DNA of 42,739 nucleotides from an uncultured Candidatus Bathyarchaeia archaeon (lineage in GTDB: Archaea; Thermoproteota; Bathyarchaeia; 40CM-2-53-6; DTGE01). The notes beneath the pieces are model-generated. The model was not told the DNA's origin and did not search any database. It saw only the letters and a program-made list of their open reading frames with translations. Where the stretch lies: assembly GCA_964489085.1 (NCBI GenBank), contig CAZAXO010000002.1, forward strand, positions 1-42,739, read 5' to 3'. Position 1 is the first letter of the stretch, and each line of letters begins with the position of its first letter. Of the stretch, positions 16,592-26,174 are shown piece by piece. The position numbers were made by a program, and so were the translations under genes.

Positions 16592-17344
16592 ATGGGTGAA
16601 CCTGAAATAATAGAATTTGATTTCAACGTTCTTTTCTTTAAAAATAAAGTAATCCATTATAGCGACACAATTTTTAATATTGATGGTTACAGCTCCATTT
16701 CTTTTAGGGCAGTTAAAAATAAAATTGATGCTCCGTCGTTTAGCTGTAATAAAGAAATTTGTTATATTATAGATTTGACACAAAGCTTAGAAGAAATTTG
16801 GAATAACATGAATAGAAACGCTCATAGAAATATTAAAAAAGCAGAAAAAGAAGGCATTAATATCGAATTTAATAAAGGATATCAAGAATTTTACAAGATG
16901 TACGAAGATCACTTAAAATCTAAGAAACATTTAAAATGGTACAACATACATAAACTAGATGAAATCAAAAAACATGGAACCCTAGTTATTGCTAAATATG
17001 GAAATGATATAATCTCAGGAAGCGTTTTTTTAGAAGATGAAAATAATATTATATATTGGATCACTGCATCTTATAGATACTCACCAAAGAAAATTATAAG
17101 ACAATTATCAGGAAACGCAACCTATTTAATCCATTGGGAAATAATAAAATATGCTAAATTAAAGGATATAAAAGAATACAATTTAGGTCCTTGCGCATAT
17201 GATGATAGAGTGAATAAAAAATTACAACAGTTTAAAAAAAGTTTAGGAAGCGAACCACATACATACTATAAATATTGTAAAGATTATAATTTTGTATATA
17301 AATTAATGCGAAAAAGTTATCAAAAATTGACAGGATTATTCTAA
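16592..17344 (+). CDS. FemAB/BioF2-like (GNAT-fold) transferase, short form
   Basis: 'DLTQSLEEIWNNMNRNAHRNIKKAEKEGINIEF...FYKMYEDHLKSKK' is the signature middle region of Fem-type / Acetyltransf_6-like proteins. It is similar to 25147..26154. Confidence 0.7.
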   Translation: MGEPEIIEFDFNVLFFKNKVIHYSDTIFNIDGYSSISFRAVKNKIDAPSFSCNKEICYIIDLTQSLEEIWNNMNRNAHRNIKKAEKEGINIEFNKGYQEFYKMYEDHLKSKKHLKWYNIHKLDEIKKHGTLVIAKYGNDIISGSVFLEDENNIIYWITASYRYSPKKIIRQLSGNATYLIHWEIIKYAKLKDIKEYNLGPCAYDDRVNKKLQQFKKSLGSEPHTYYKYCKDYNFVYKLMRKSYQKLTGLF

Positions 17345-17397
17345 ATGTATAAAACTAAAAAAATCATATCAACGAACTACATACTCTGAGGAATTAA

Positions 17398-18279
17398 ATG
17401 TATAAAGATCACAGAGTAGCGGTGGTAGTACCCGCCTACAACGAGGAAGAGCTAATCGCTTTTACTCTAGAAACTATACCCGATTATGTTGATTATATAA
17501 TTGTTATAAACGACGCTTCAATTGATAATACGTACTCAATAATTAAAGAACATCAACAGAGAGATCCGAGGATTTTTTTAATTAATCATATAGATAATCA
17601 AGGAGTGGGGGGGGCCATTATAAGTGGATTTAAGAAAAGTATGGAATATGATGCCGATATTACATCTGTAATGGCTGGTGATAATCAGATGGATCCTGAC
17701 TATCTGTCTGCACTCATTGAGCCCATTATTGATAAAAAAGCAGATTTCACAAAAGGTAATCGTTTAGCTATGGGTTATTGGGAAGGTATGAGTCTTTGGC
17801 GGCTTTTTGGTAACATCGTTTTAAATTATTTAACTAAAATTACATCGGGTTACTGGAGGATCGAGGACCCACAAAATGGTTATGTAGCTATATCAAAAAG
17901 AGCACTGAGCGTTCTCCCTTTAGATGATTTATCTAAAGGCTATAATTTTGAAAACGACATGTTAATAAAAAGTAATATTAAAAACATTAGTGTTCTTAAC
18001 GTTAAAATTCCTGCAAAATATGGAAAAGAAAAATCGAAAATAAAATATATGAACTTTATTTACAACACTATTTACTTTTTATTTATTTCTTTCATAAATA
18101 GGATATATTTAAAATATATTAAGAACTTAAAACTTATAGGATTGTTATTTGTTTCTTCCCTTATTTTAATTGTTTTAGGATTTAATAATATTATCTTAAA
18201 TAACAATTTTTTTTTACTCGGAGTATTATTATTTATATTTTCTCTCTTTTGTGATGGACTAAGTGACTATAGAAAATGA
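17398..18279 (+). CDS. Family 2 glycosyltransferase (Dpm1/DPG-synthase-like) with C-terminal TM helices
   Basis: 'VAVVVPAYNEEELI', 'VINDASIDNT', 'NQGVGGAI' and 'AGDNQMDP' are GT2 DxD-region motifs. The C-terminus is hydrophobic. Confidence 0.9.
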   Translation: MYKDHRVAVVVPAYNEEELIAFTLETIPDYVDYIIVINDASIDNTYSIIKEHQQRDPRIFLINHIDNQGVGGAIISGFKKSMEYDADITSVMAGDNQMDPDYLSALIEPIIDKKADFTKGNRLAMGYWEGMSLWRLFGNIVLNYLTKITSGYWRIEDPQNGYVAISKRALSVLPLDDLSKGYNFENDMLIKSNIKNISVLNVKIPAKYGKEKSKIKYMNFIYNTIYFLFISFINRIYLKYIKNLKLIGLLFVSSLILIVLGFNNIILNNNFFLLGVLLFIFSLFCDGLSDYRK

Positions 18280-19331
18280 AAGTAGCTTTTATTATAAACA
18301 CGCCATCTCAAGTACATTTTTATAAAAACATTATTTACGATCTTGAAAAGAAAGGTCATAAAGTATTGTTATTAGCTAGAAATTATGGTGAAACATATCA
18401 ATTATTGAAAGAATTAGATTTATCTTTTACATTTTATAATAAATATAATTTAAACGCATCATCAAAAATGATCTTCATGCCAATAGATATTTACAATATT
18501 GTTAAAAAACTTAAGTATTTTAAACCTGATATTATATCCGGTTTTGGAATCGATTCAGCCTTATCTTCTTTTTTCCTTAAAGCTAAATCCATAATCTTTA
18601 CAGATTCTGAGCCTACCATAAGTATTTTTCAAGAAATTCAATATATTTTTTTAATATATTTAAGTAATATAATTATAACTCCTGAATGTTACAAAAGAGA
18701 TCTAGGTAAAAATCACATCAGAGTAAATAGTTTTAAAGAATTAGCATATCTGCATCCAAAATATTATAAGCCAAGTAAAAAGGTATTAAATATATTAAAT
18801 TTATCTCAAAATGAAAAATATGTAATAATTAGATTCAATAAATTCGATGCCTTACATGACATTTCTAAAAGAGGGTTTTCAACACGTGATAAGATTGATT
18901 TGGTAAAAAGGATCAGTTCAATAACTAAAGTATTTGTTTCTTTTGAAGGGATTTGTCCTGATGAATTAGTTAAATATCGATTAAATATACCAAATAGGTA
19001 TATTCATGATTTATTATATTATTCTTATCTTTTCATCGCAGATACAGGAACAATGGTTACAGAAGCTGCTATTTTAGGGACTCCGGCCATTATATTTCAT
19101 CCAGCTTTAAGAAATTTTGGTAACTTTGAGGAACTAGAAAAAAAATACGAAATGATCTGGGGGTATGAAAAAAATCCAGAATTAATTGTAATAAAAGCTA
19201 TGTCTTTAGTTCGATCCTCGAGTTTAAAACAAGAATGGAAAATTAAACGTGATGTGCTGATTAATGATAAAATTGATATAACTAAATATTTTATCCAGCT
19301 TTTTGAAAATATTGGTAATAGCTTAAAGTAA
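18276..19331 (+). CDS. DUF354 family protein (archaeal GT-B/epimerase-like fold)
   Basis: The N-terminus 'MKVAFIINTPSQVHFYKNIIYDLEKKGHKVLLLARNYGETYQLL' matches my memory of the DUF354 consensus, and the length (~350 aa) fits. The start overlaps the GT2 stop (ATGA). Confidence 0.75.
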   Translation: MKVAFIINTPSQVHFYKNIIYDLEKKGHKVLLLARNYGETYQLLKELDLSFTFYNKYNLNASSKMIFMPIDIYNIVKKLKYFKPDIISGFGIDSALSSFFLKAKSIIFTDSEPTISIFQEIQYIFLIYLSNIIITPECYKRDLGKNHIRVNSFKELAYLHPKYYKPSKKVLNILNLSQNEKYVIIRFNKFDALHDISKRGFSTRDKIDLVKRISSITKVFVSFEGICPDELVKYRLNIPNRYIHDLLYYSYLFIADTGTMVTEAAILGTPAIIFHPALRNFGNFEELEKKYEMIWGYEKNPELIVIKAMSLVRSSSLKQEWKIKRDVLINDKIDITKYFIQLFENIGNSLK

Positions 19332-19422
19332 AGCGCATGACTCATAGAAGTAGTTTAGAATGAAATGAATAGGAATGTTCATAGTAACTTTAAAAAATGC
19401 GAGAGGTAGTTGATAAAGTTAG

Positions 19423-20463
19423 ATGAAGGAATATTTAAAAAGTTATGATGATGCTTGGAATTGTTATTCTTTAGAATCTGAGTATAACACAAATATTGGT
19501 GCGCGTGCGCAACGAGAGTTAATAAAAGAGCCAATCGTCTCGTCTTATTTAATTAAAAACGGATACGATCCAAAATATCCTGAAGATAAATCCTTTGTTA
19601 TCTGCTTAACTCATGACATTGATGAAATTTATACACCAATTATTCACAGAGCTCATTCGATCACATCTCTAGTCACATCTGCTAATATAGATAATCTAAG
19701 AGACGCCTTCAGAGGGCTTTTAGACAAAAAGAAAAGCAAATATCAAGACTTTGGGGAAATTATGACCTTAGAAGAGAAATATAATGCGAGATCAACATTT
19801 TTCTTTCTTGCCTCAAAAAATGATCCTTTCAGATTCAGGTACGACATCGAAGACATATGTAACGAACTTGGAAAAATAATAGATAGAGGATTCGAAATCG
19901 GGCTGCATGGAGGATATTTCTCTTATGATGACTTCAAGGCTTTATCCGAAGAGAAAACAATATTAGAGAAAATTATAGGCGTCGATGCTGAAGGCTATAG
20001 AAGTCATTACTTAAACTTGCATATTCCTATTACATGGCAACATTTGTCTAAACTTGGATTCAAATATGATACAACTCTCGGATATCGAAGAGGATCAGGC
20101 TTCATAAATGGGATGTGTCACCCATTCCATCCATACATCAAAGAGTATGACGAAGAACTGGATTTATTAGAATTGCCACTTATCGTCATGGATGCTGCAT
20201 ACCCTACCTTGGGATTCACAGTGAGTAAGTATTGGGGAGAAATATTGCGTATAATTGATGTTGTTGAGAGAAACCATGGGGTACTTACGATCAATTGGCA
20301 TAACGACTCCTTGCTTTCCACCCGTAAATCTGAACATAGAAAAATGTATGAAAAAATATTAACAGAGGGGGAAAAGAGAGGAGCTTGGTTATCGAACTGT
20401 CATGAAATATGCGAGTGGTGGGGTAGCAACTCAAAACAGTTTGAGAGCGAGATGGATTTATAG
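19423..20463 (+). CDS. Polysaccharide deacetylase-like protein (cytoplasmic, NodB-related)
   Basis: 'FVICLTHDIDEIY', 'RSTFFFLAS' and 'GFEIGLHGGY' follow the order Asp motif, ATFF strand, His motif. No signal peptide is present. Confidence 0.75.
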   Translation: MKEYLKSYDDAWNCYSLESEYNTNIGARAQRELIKEPIVSSYLIKNGYDPKYPEDKSFVICLTHDIDEIYTPIIHRAHSITSLVTSANIDNLRDAFRGLLDKKKSKYQDFGEIMTLEEKYNARSTFFFLASKNDPFRFRYDIEDICNELGKIIDRGFEIGLHGGYFSYDDFKALSEEKTILEKIIGVDAEGYRSHYLNLHIPITWQHLSKLGFKYDTTLGYRRGSGFINGMCHPFHPYIKEYDEELDLLELPLIVMDAAYPTLGFTVSKYWGEILRIIDVVERNHGVLTINWHNDSLLSTRKSEHRKMYEKILTEGEKRGAWLSNCHEICEWWGSNSKQFESEMDL

Positions 20464-20528
20464 TGAGCGAGCGATGATAGGTAGAACTAGATAAAATTTA
20501 AATCAGACATGAAGTTTTACTAGCCAAA

Positions 20529-22316
20529 TTGTCCTTGTTTCGCACACGTGTAAGAAGAGTGATTTTCCTTCTAATAATAATTCCTTATTTTAACCCTTCA
20601 ATTATAGCATTATGTTTGAATGAAGACGAGTGGGTGACAATTTTTGACCAAGATTTTTCACTAATAGAATCAATACCTTCAAATATTCATGTAATAAAAA
20701 GCTCAGATACAGAACAACCAGCTATACAAATATCTAAAAGATCTGAAGATAATTACTTAATCATAACAAAAGGCACGGATAACCGAGGCACAGTTGATAT
20801 ATTCGGTTTAACACCTTCAATTAAATGCAGATACTTGATAGACCTAGAGTGGTCCAACAGCCATTCAGCTTCATGGTCTGGTGCAGGAGTCTCTATCGGT
20901 ATAGGTGGAGTAATGTTATACTGCTACTCTAGTGGTGGAGGTTCTAGATTCTATATCCGTGGCCAATACTTCAATGCTACTAATGAATTTAATTCTCCCT
21001 TCGTCTGGGATTTAGGTACGAGCAATCGAGTAGAAATAACGATCGACACTGATACTACAGTTGGTAAAGCCTACCTTTCTTACAATAACTACAAAGCTGA
21101 GTTACCCTATTATCGTTTTTTCTGGGAAAAGGAGAAAATACAAACTGAAAACAGTACAGTCGAGTTACCTTATTATCGTTATAGATGGGTAGAAGATAAA
21201 TTCCTAAATACTTTTACTCCCGATACGATTGTACTAACGCCGCGCTCTGCTACTTCTGCTGAAGCAGATGATAATACGATAATAAAATTATATCGAGTCA
21301 CTCAGCAAGTTTATGCTCCGAACTCCGTCGTTACCATCGGATCTAATAAATATCAGGCCTTTGGATATGATGGTCCCCATCCGGCAAGTACAGTTGCTGC
21401 TGGTATGGATGAGATTAGAGATGCTAATATGAATGCAACAATATTTGCAGATATAGGTTACATGAATGATCCAAATTTTATTCAGTACCTGAAGGGATTA
21501 ATCGCTGATGGATGGGAACTCGGTATACACTACTCAGAGGGGTTGTCTACATTGAATTTAGCAAATGCCACAACCATGATGATGGAAGAGTATAAAATCA
21601 TCTCGGAGATGTTTGAAACCCAACCTTTAACCTGGTGTAGTTTAGGAAATTTAGATAACTCTACATATTCACTTCTGGCAAAAGAAAACCTGAATATGGT
21701 ATTTAGGAGCTTAAGGGTTATTCCACAAAATGTCCCAGGGAGTACTGATATAACGAATCCCACGATTTACTACTGGTTGGGTGCAGCAAAATCAGGTGCA
21801 TCAACCGTTCCTATTTATGTACATCAGACGGAGGTTGAACCTCAACCATCTAGGTCCTCTGTAGATGCAAGTAATTTTGATACTTGGTTATACTACATAA
21901 TTAATAACGGTGTTCGCTTAACTGGGTTCTATAAATGGTATATGATCAATAGTAATCAAATAGACGCTACATTCGATACTAGCGCTAATGAAACCACTAC
22001 CACAATCACTGCAAATACAAACGGGTATAATGCAATTATACTAGTCAAGATTAAATCTGATTCTGTGATTGCTGTACAACGAAACAAACAGATAATAGAC
22101 CACTCAATCTCACCGGAAGGATACATAATATTTGAGGTAGAAAACGGTGGAGAATATAAAATCACGACAATAAATTATCCTATAAATATATTTGATAAAA
22201 TGGATTTATTAATGTATTTAGCTGGTTTAGTGATTATAATCTTGATTACCTTGGCGGTCGATAAATATGGCAAAAAACCCAAAAACATGGATCATGAAGC
22301 AATAAATGATGGGTGA
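20529..22316 (+). CDS. Secreted protein with divergent NodB-like domain and C-terminal TM anchor; paralogue of N-terminal 480 aa of 31975..35112
   Basis: TTG start followed by a signal/anchor. It is colinear with the 1045-aa protein through the blocks 'DEWVT(I/V)', 'GYDGP', 'ATIFAD', 'DGWE(L/V)GIH', 'IPIYVH.TEV.P.PS', 'WYMINSNQ' and 'SPEGYIIFE'. It ends 'LLMYLAGLVIIILITLAVDKYGKKPK'. Confidence 0.85.
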   Translation: MSLFRTRVRRVIFLLIIIPYFNPSIIALCLNEDEWVTIFDQDFSLIESIPSNIHVIKSSDTEQPAIQISKRSEDNYLIITKGTDNRGTVDIFGLTPSIKCRYLIDLEWSNSHSASWSGAGVSIGIGGVMLYCYSSGGGSRFYIRGQYFNATNEFNSPFVWDLGTSNRVEITIDTDTTVGKAYLSYNNYKAELPYYRFFWEKEKIQTENSTVELPYYRYRWVEDKFLNTFTPDTIVLTPRSATSAEADDNTIIKLYRVTQQVYAPNSVVTIGSNKYQAFGYDGPHPASTVAAGMDEIRDANMNATIFADIGYMNDPNFIQYLKGLIADGWELGIHYSEGLSTLNLANATTMMMEEYKIISEMFETQPLTWCSLGNLDNSTYSLLAKENLNMVFRSLRVIPQNVPGSTDITNPTIYYWLGAAKSGASTVPIYVHQTEVEPQPSRSSVDASNFDTWLYYIINNGVRLTGFYKWYMINSNQIDATFDTSANETTTTITANTNGYNAIILVKIKSDSVIAVQRNKQIIDHSISPEGYIIFEVENGGEYKITTINYPINIFDKMDLLMYLAGLVIIILITLAVDKYGKKPKNMDHEAINDG

Positions 22317-22328
22317 AAGATTAGAAAA

Positions 22329-22772
22329 ATGAAACTAAATAAAATTGTTATTTTATTATTAGTTATATCGGCACCTTATTCATATACAGTATATGCTGAT
22401 TTAATGGATGATGCTATAAAAGCGATTGAAGAGAGTTATTCAGCCATACTCAATGCAGAGCAAGCAGGCGGTAACGTGACAGTAGTAATTATAATGTTAA
22501 ATCAAGCATCAGATTTAGCCGTAAAAGGAGGTGATAATAACCTTAGAGATGCAATAACATTAGCAAATGAAGCCAAGTCGTTGGCTTTAACAATAGAGCA
22601 GACTAGCCGAACCGAACAAATCTATACATATTTTAAAGTAATAGCTTTTTTAATTATATCAATTATATCTATGATATTGATTAAAAAATATTTTAATATT
22701 GTATATTATTCTTTATGGGCCTCAATTAAAGGAGATTGGAGGATTGAAAAAAATAACTCCCAAAATGATTGA
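22329..22772 (+). CDS. Hypothetical secreted helical protein with C-terminal TM
   Basis: 147 aa with a signal-like N-terminus 'MKLNKIVILLLVISAPYSYTVYA', an Ala/Leu helical region, and the TM segment 'VIAFLIISIISMILI'. Confidence 0.65.
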   Translation: MKLNKIVILLLVISAPYSYTVYADLMDDAIKAIEESYSAILNAEQAGGNVTVVIIMLNQASDLAVKGGDNNLRDAITLANEAKSLALTIEQTSRTEQIYTYFKVIAFLIISIISMILIKKYFNIVYYSLWASIKGDWRIEKNNSQND

Positions 22773-23229
22773 AAAATTCGCATATATATTTATAAGTATA
22801 TTAATAATAATCGCAATTTATCCCTTTATGAAAAATTTTTTTTACTCGGCACAGTATACTGAGATGGCGATACTAGGACCAACGGGTAAGATTGGAGAAT
22901 ACACGCACCAGGTTCAAATTGGTGAAGATTTAACGTTCAATATTTACCTCGAAAATCATGAAAAAAATACCAAGTTATATAAGATTAAAATTAAATTGGT
23001 GGAGAATTCAAGTTTAGGGAATACTTTACCTCCCTTCGATGTTAATACTATGTCATCTTATCTTATAATTCTTGAAGATGATACAAACACAACATATCCA
23101 ATTAACATCGTCATCGATCAACCATTTAGTGGTAAACTAGTTGCCGAACTATACATGTTTGATGTACGAAATAATTCTTATCTTTATCATGATATGTGGG
23201 TTGCCATATGGATGAAGACAACGGACTAA
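22765..23229 (+). CDS. DUF1616-like soluble (beta) module with N-terminal TM
   Basis: ATG 22765 overlaps the upstream stop (ATGATTGA). 'YTEMAILGPTGKIGEYTHQVQIGEDLTFNIYLENHEKNTKLYKIKIKL' resembles the 'FTEFYLL...DYPTEF..GE...v.VGN.E....Y.v.v' block of DUF1616 proteins, recalled from memory. Confidence 0.65.
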   Translation: MIEKFAYIFISILIIIAIYPFMKNFFYSAQYTEMAILGPTGKIGEYTHQVQIGEDLTFNIYLENHEKNTKLYKIKIKLVENSSLGNTLPPFDVNTMSSYLIILEDDTNTTYPINIVIDQPFSGKLVAELYMFDVRNNSYLYHDMWVAIWMKTTD

Positions 23230-23792
23230 CTGATGCGGATATCCTACATTCCTATAAAGGCCAGACACTTAAAGAAGCAATAAGAGACATCACCTTAGAA
23301 AAAGGAATATCAAGAATAGATGCAATAGAAATCATATATAATGACTTGAACTCCACATGTTATAAGTTAATCAATGATGATCCTCCACAAAATTTTTTGC
23401 AATTTTTTTTCTCTTTATATAACACATATTTCTGGGTCACAATAATCTATATAGTTTTAACCCTCTATTCAATAACTAAACTTCAACAGGTTTATCCATA
23501 CGTGTATCTAAGATATGCTTGTACACTTCTCTTATCTTTATTTATACCTGGATATCTGATAATGGACATTATTATACCTAGTAACTTACAGAGAGAAATA
23601 TTATTAAAAGTGAGTTTAGGCGTTATCATAAGCTTTTTATTGGTATCAATTACCGGATACATGCTTATATCTTCAAGCTTTGGTTTTAAAGAAACATCAA
23701 TAATGGCTACTCTACTTAGCTTAACTACAATCATATCTTTAATCTGGTCATTAAATAACTATTTACATAGGTATGTTCGCAATGAAGATTGA
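23196..23792 (+). CDS. DUF1616-like membrane module
   Basis: 'LRYACTLLLSLFIPGYLIMDIIIP....REILLKVSLGVIISFLLVSITGYML' resembles the 'vLFvPGYa...lFP....ER.alS.GlS.a..pLiGl.ln' N-terminal block of DUF1616. It overlaps the upstream gene by 22-34 nt, and the start could be ATG 23208. Confidence 0.65.
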   Translation: MGCHMDEDNGLTDADILHSYKGQTLKEAIRDITLEKGISRIDAIEIIYNDLNSTCYKLINDDPPQNFLQFFFSLYNTYFWVTIIYIVLTLYSITKLQQVYPYVYLRYACTLLLSLFIPGYLIMDIIIPSNLQREILLKVSLGVIISFLLVSITGYMLISSSFGFKETSIMATLLSLTTIISLIWSLNNYLHRYVRNED

Positions 23793-24027
23793 TTCAAAAA
23801 TAAGTTACATCATATCTTCTGTTGCCATTTTCATAGTTATTTCAATGTGGTTATACATGATTAAGGAAGAAAGAATTGGAGTTTATACTCTTGTTTTATT
23901 AATTAGTGTTATATTATCAGGTTATATCGTGGACTTTAAAAGTAGATATCGAATTTTAATAGATTTCATCGCAATTTTATGTTTTTTATTTCTCGTAGGA
24001 TTAGAGGTACTAGGAATTGTATTGTAG
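23773..24027 (+). CDS. Small membrane protein (3 TM), last gene of the 20529-24027 overlapping operon
   Basis: 84 aa and very hydrophobic. It overlaps the upstream gene by 20 nt. Confidence 0.5.
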   Translation: MFAMKIDSKISYIISSVAIFIVISMWLYMIKEERIGVYTLVLLISVILSGYIVDFKSRYRILIDFIAILCFLFLVGLEVLGIVL

Positions 24028-24206
24028 AGCATCTATTAAAAACCTACTTTCCATTTGAATGCATTTTTTCACACACGCGTTAGACTGTTATTAGATAAAT
24101 GCTAGAAGGCTACTACCACAAGCCTCTAGAATTATTAACTCGGTTTTATGAATGAGTAGGCATAACAACTAATTATTTATATCTAAAAATCTATATAGAG
24201 AAATAC

Positions 24207-24899
24207 ATGCAAAAAAATACCATCCTTATAATAGCAGTAATAGTAAGTCTAGCCATAGGGGCAGGTGGAGCCTATGCAATCACCTACAATCAAGCTGTGG
24301 CATTAACTAGTGAAAAAGCAGACCTACTAACTCAAGTCGCAATCTTGTCATCTGATAAATCCAAGCTTCAAACCCAAGTCAATTCCCTTACAGAAGATAA
24401 AGCAACCCTAGAAAACCAAACGTCAACACTGTACATCGAAAACACAAATCTTCAAACGCAGATTACATCGTTATCTACCGAAAACGCAGCTTTAGAAAAT
24501 AGGTATCACTTATTGGTAGAAATATTAGATGAGATGCATTCAAGTAATTGGACGCGGATTGTCACCTACAATATAGTAGCTGGAACTCAAGAGTCTAAGT
24601 CTTTCGTGTTGGATAGATATGGTCTAGTCTGGGAAACAGTGATCGACTTTACTGGCACTTCTATGAGTGTGACATATTATTACTGGTATAAAGAAATGAG
24701 ATACTATGTAACAACTTTTAGTAGGTCACTTAGTACAATTAACGGAAATGGTCCTTATGAATATCTATATGGAGAAATTCAATTAGATATAGCGATAGAT
24801 TATCGTAATCCTAATAGAATTTATTTAAATTATTTTAGTAGTACCCAGTTTCCGGAAATTCGTACGAGTGGAAACATGTTTATCGATATATCCTCGTAA
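24207..24899 (+). CDS. Membrane-anchored leucine-zipper stalk protein with C-terminal globular domain (paralogue A)
   Basis: TM 'ILIIAVIVSLAIGAGGAYA' is followed by at least 8 consecutive heptads with Leu at every 7th residue ('L-QTQVNS-L-TEDKAT-L-ENQTST-L-..'). The C-terminal domain 'WETVIDFTGTS..YYYWYK..YYV' ends 'GNMFIDISS'. Confidence 0.85.
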   Translation: MQKNTILIIAVIVSLAIGAGGAYAITYNQAVALTSEKADLLTQVAILSSDKSKLQTQVNSLTEDKATLENQTSTLYIENTNLQTQITSLSTENAALENRYHLLVEILDEMHSSNWTRIVTYNIVAGTQESKSFVLDRYGLVWETVIDFTGTSMSVTYYYWYKEMRYYVTTFSRSLSTINGNGPYEYLYGEIQLDIAIDYRNPNRIYLNYFSSTQFPEIRTSGNMFIDISS

Positions 24900-25146
24900 T
24901 TCATTTTCTTTTTCTTAAGCGAACATTGGATGATATCTGCTGCAGTCTTGAGTCTAGAGCGTTCTTCAAATAACATCTTTACTGCGTTTATGGATTTAGT
25001 GGGAACTAGAGCAGACAAAAGGTCAAAAAAGTCTTATGGTTTTATCTAAATATTTTAGAACTTATTACAGTTGTTTCCACTATTAGATGTGTGCATAATA
25101 CTAAGATTTTTAATCCTATAATCAGTACTGGTATGATGGTAAAAAT

Positions 25147-26154
25147 TTGGTAATAAAGATAATTTCTGATCAACAAACTTGGGATTCCTTTATAGATAAC
25201 AATCAATCTTCGACATTGATGCATAAATGGGATTTCTTAAAAATAATCGAAAGATATAGTAATTATAAATTACTTACATATGGAATTTATGAAAAAGATG
25301 AATTAATGTGCATCATACCATTTTTTTTAAAACATATCTTTTTTATAAAACTTTTATTTTCTCCGCCACCGAGAATGAGTTTACCTTATTTAGGCTTTGT
25401 ATTTCATAATGATTTCTTTAGTTTAAAAGCTAATGAAAAGGAGAGTTATTTAAAAACAATTTTTATGGAAATAGATAAAGAAATAAAAAGAATCAACCCA
25501 GATTATTTATTAATAACATCTACACCTAATTTAATAGATTTTAGGATTTTTAAATGGAACAAATATTCAGTGGACGTAAATTATACATATATGCTAGATT
25601 TATCTAAACCAATAAAACAGATATTAAAAGAAATGAAGAATACAAAAAGACAAAAAATAAATAAAGCTAAAAGAGAAAATATTGAAATATGCGAGTCAAA
25701 TGATTCCGATTATGTATTTGAATCAATTAAAGAAAAGTATAAAAAACAACACATGAATTCACCCATCATAAGCAAAGAATATTTAAATGATTTAAAAAAA
25801 TCATACCCAAATAATATCATATTCAGGATAGCTAAACAAGGTGAAAAAAAAGTTGGGTCAGAAGCATTAATTAATTATCATGACCTACATTTGAATTGGT
25901 TCGGTGGAAGTAAACCAGAACATGCGCGCTCACTACCTGTAAATGAATTGTTGATTTGGGACTATATTGAAAAAGCAAAGGAGAATGGTTTAAAACGATT
26001 TGACTTTGTAGGAGCAAATAACGAAAATATATCTTATTTTAAATCTCAATTTGGACCTGAGTTAACGCCGTATATTACATTAACAAGAAAAAGTCTGATT
26101 GGTAAAATCATGGAAAAAATATATTTAATGTTTATTAGGAAAAGCCTCTTTTAA
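25147..26154 (+). CDS. FemAB/BioF2-like (tandem GNAT-fold) transferase, full length
   Basis: 335 aa with a TTG start. It begins '..QQTWDSFI......MHKWDFLKII' and includes 'LDLSKPIKQILKEMKNTKRQKINKAKRENIEI'. The C-terminal region is 'NWFGGS..........NELLIWDYIEKAKENGLKRFDFVG' (GNAT core). Confidence 0.75.
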   Translation: MVIKIISDQQTWDSFIDNNQSSTLMHKWDFLKIIERYSNYKLLTYGIYEKDELMCIIPFFLKHIFFIKLLFSPPPRMSLPYLGFVFHNDFFSLKANEKESYLKTIFMEIDKEIKRINPDYLLITSTPNLIDFRIFKWNKYSVDVNYTYMLDLSKPIKQILKEMKNTKRQKINKAKRENIEICESNDSDYVFESIKEKYKKQHMNSPIISKEYLNDLKKSYPNNIIFRIAKQGEKKVGSEALINYHDLHLNWFGGSKPEHARSLPVNELLIWDYIEKAKENGLKRFDFVGANNENISYFKSQFGPELTPYITLTRKSLIGKIMEKIYLMFIRKSLF

Positions 26155-26174
26155 AGATCCGTGTGACAAGTTAG

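Noticed and set aside
24830-25224. Minus-strand ORFs 24830..25018 and 25042..25224 between the first leucine-zipper gene and the Fem-like gene.
   Set aside because: They are short, overlap the ends or promoter regions of plus-strand genes, and have no motifs. The first could be a gene remnant, but I cannot support that.
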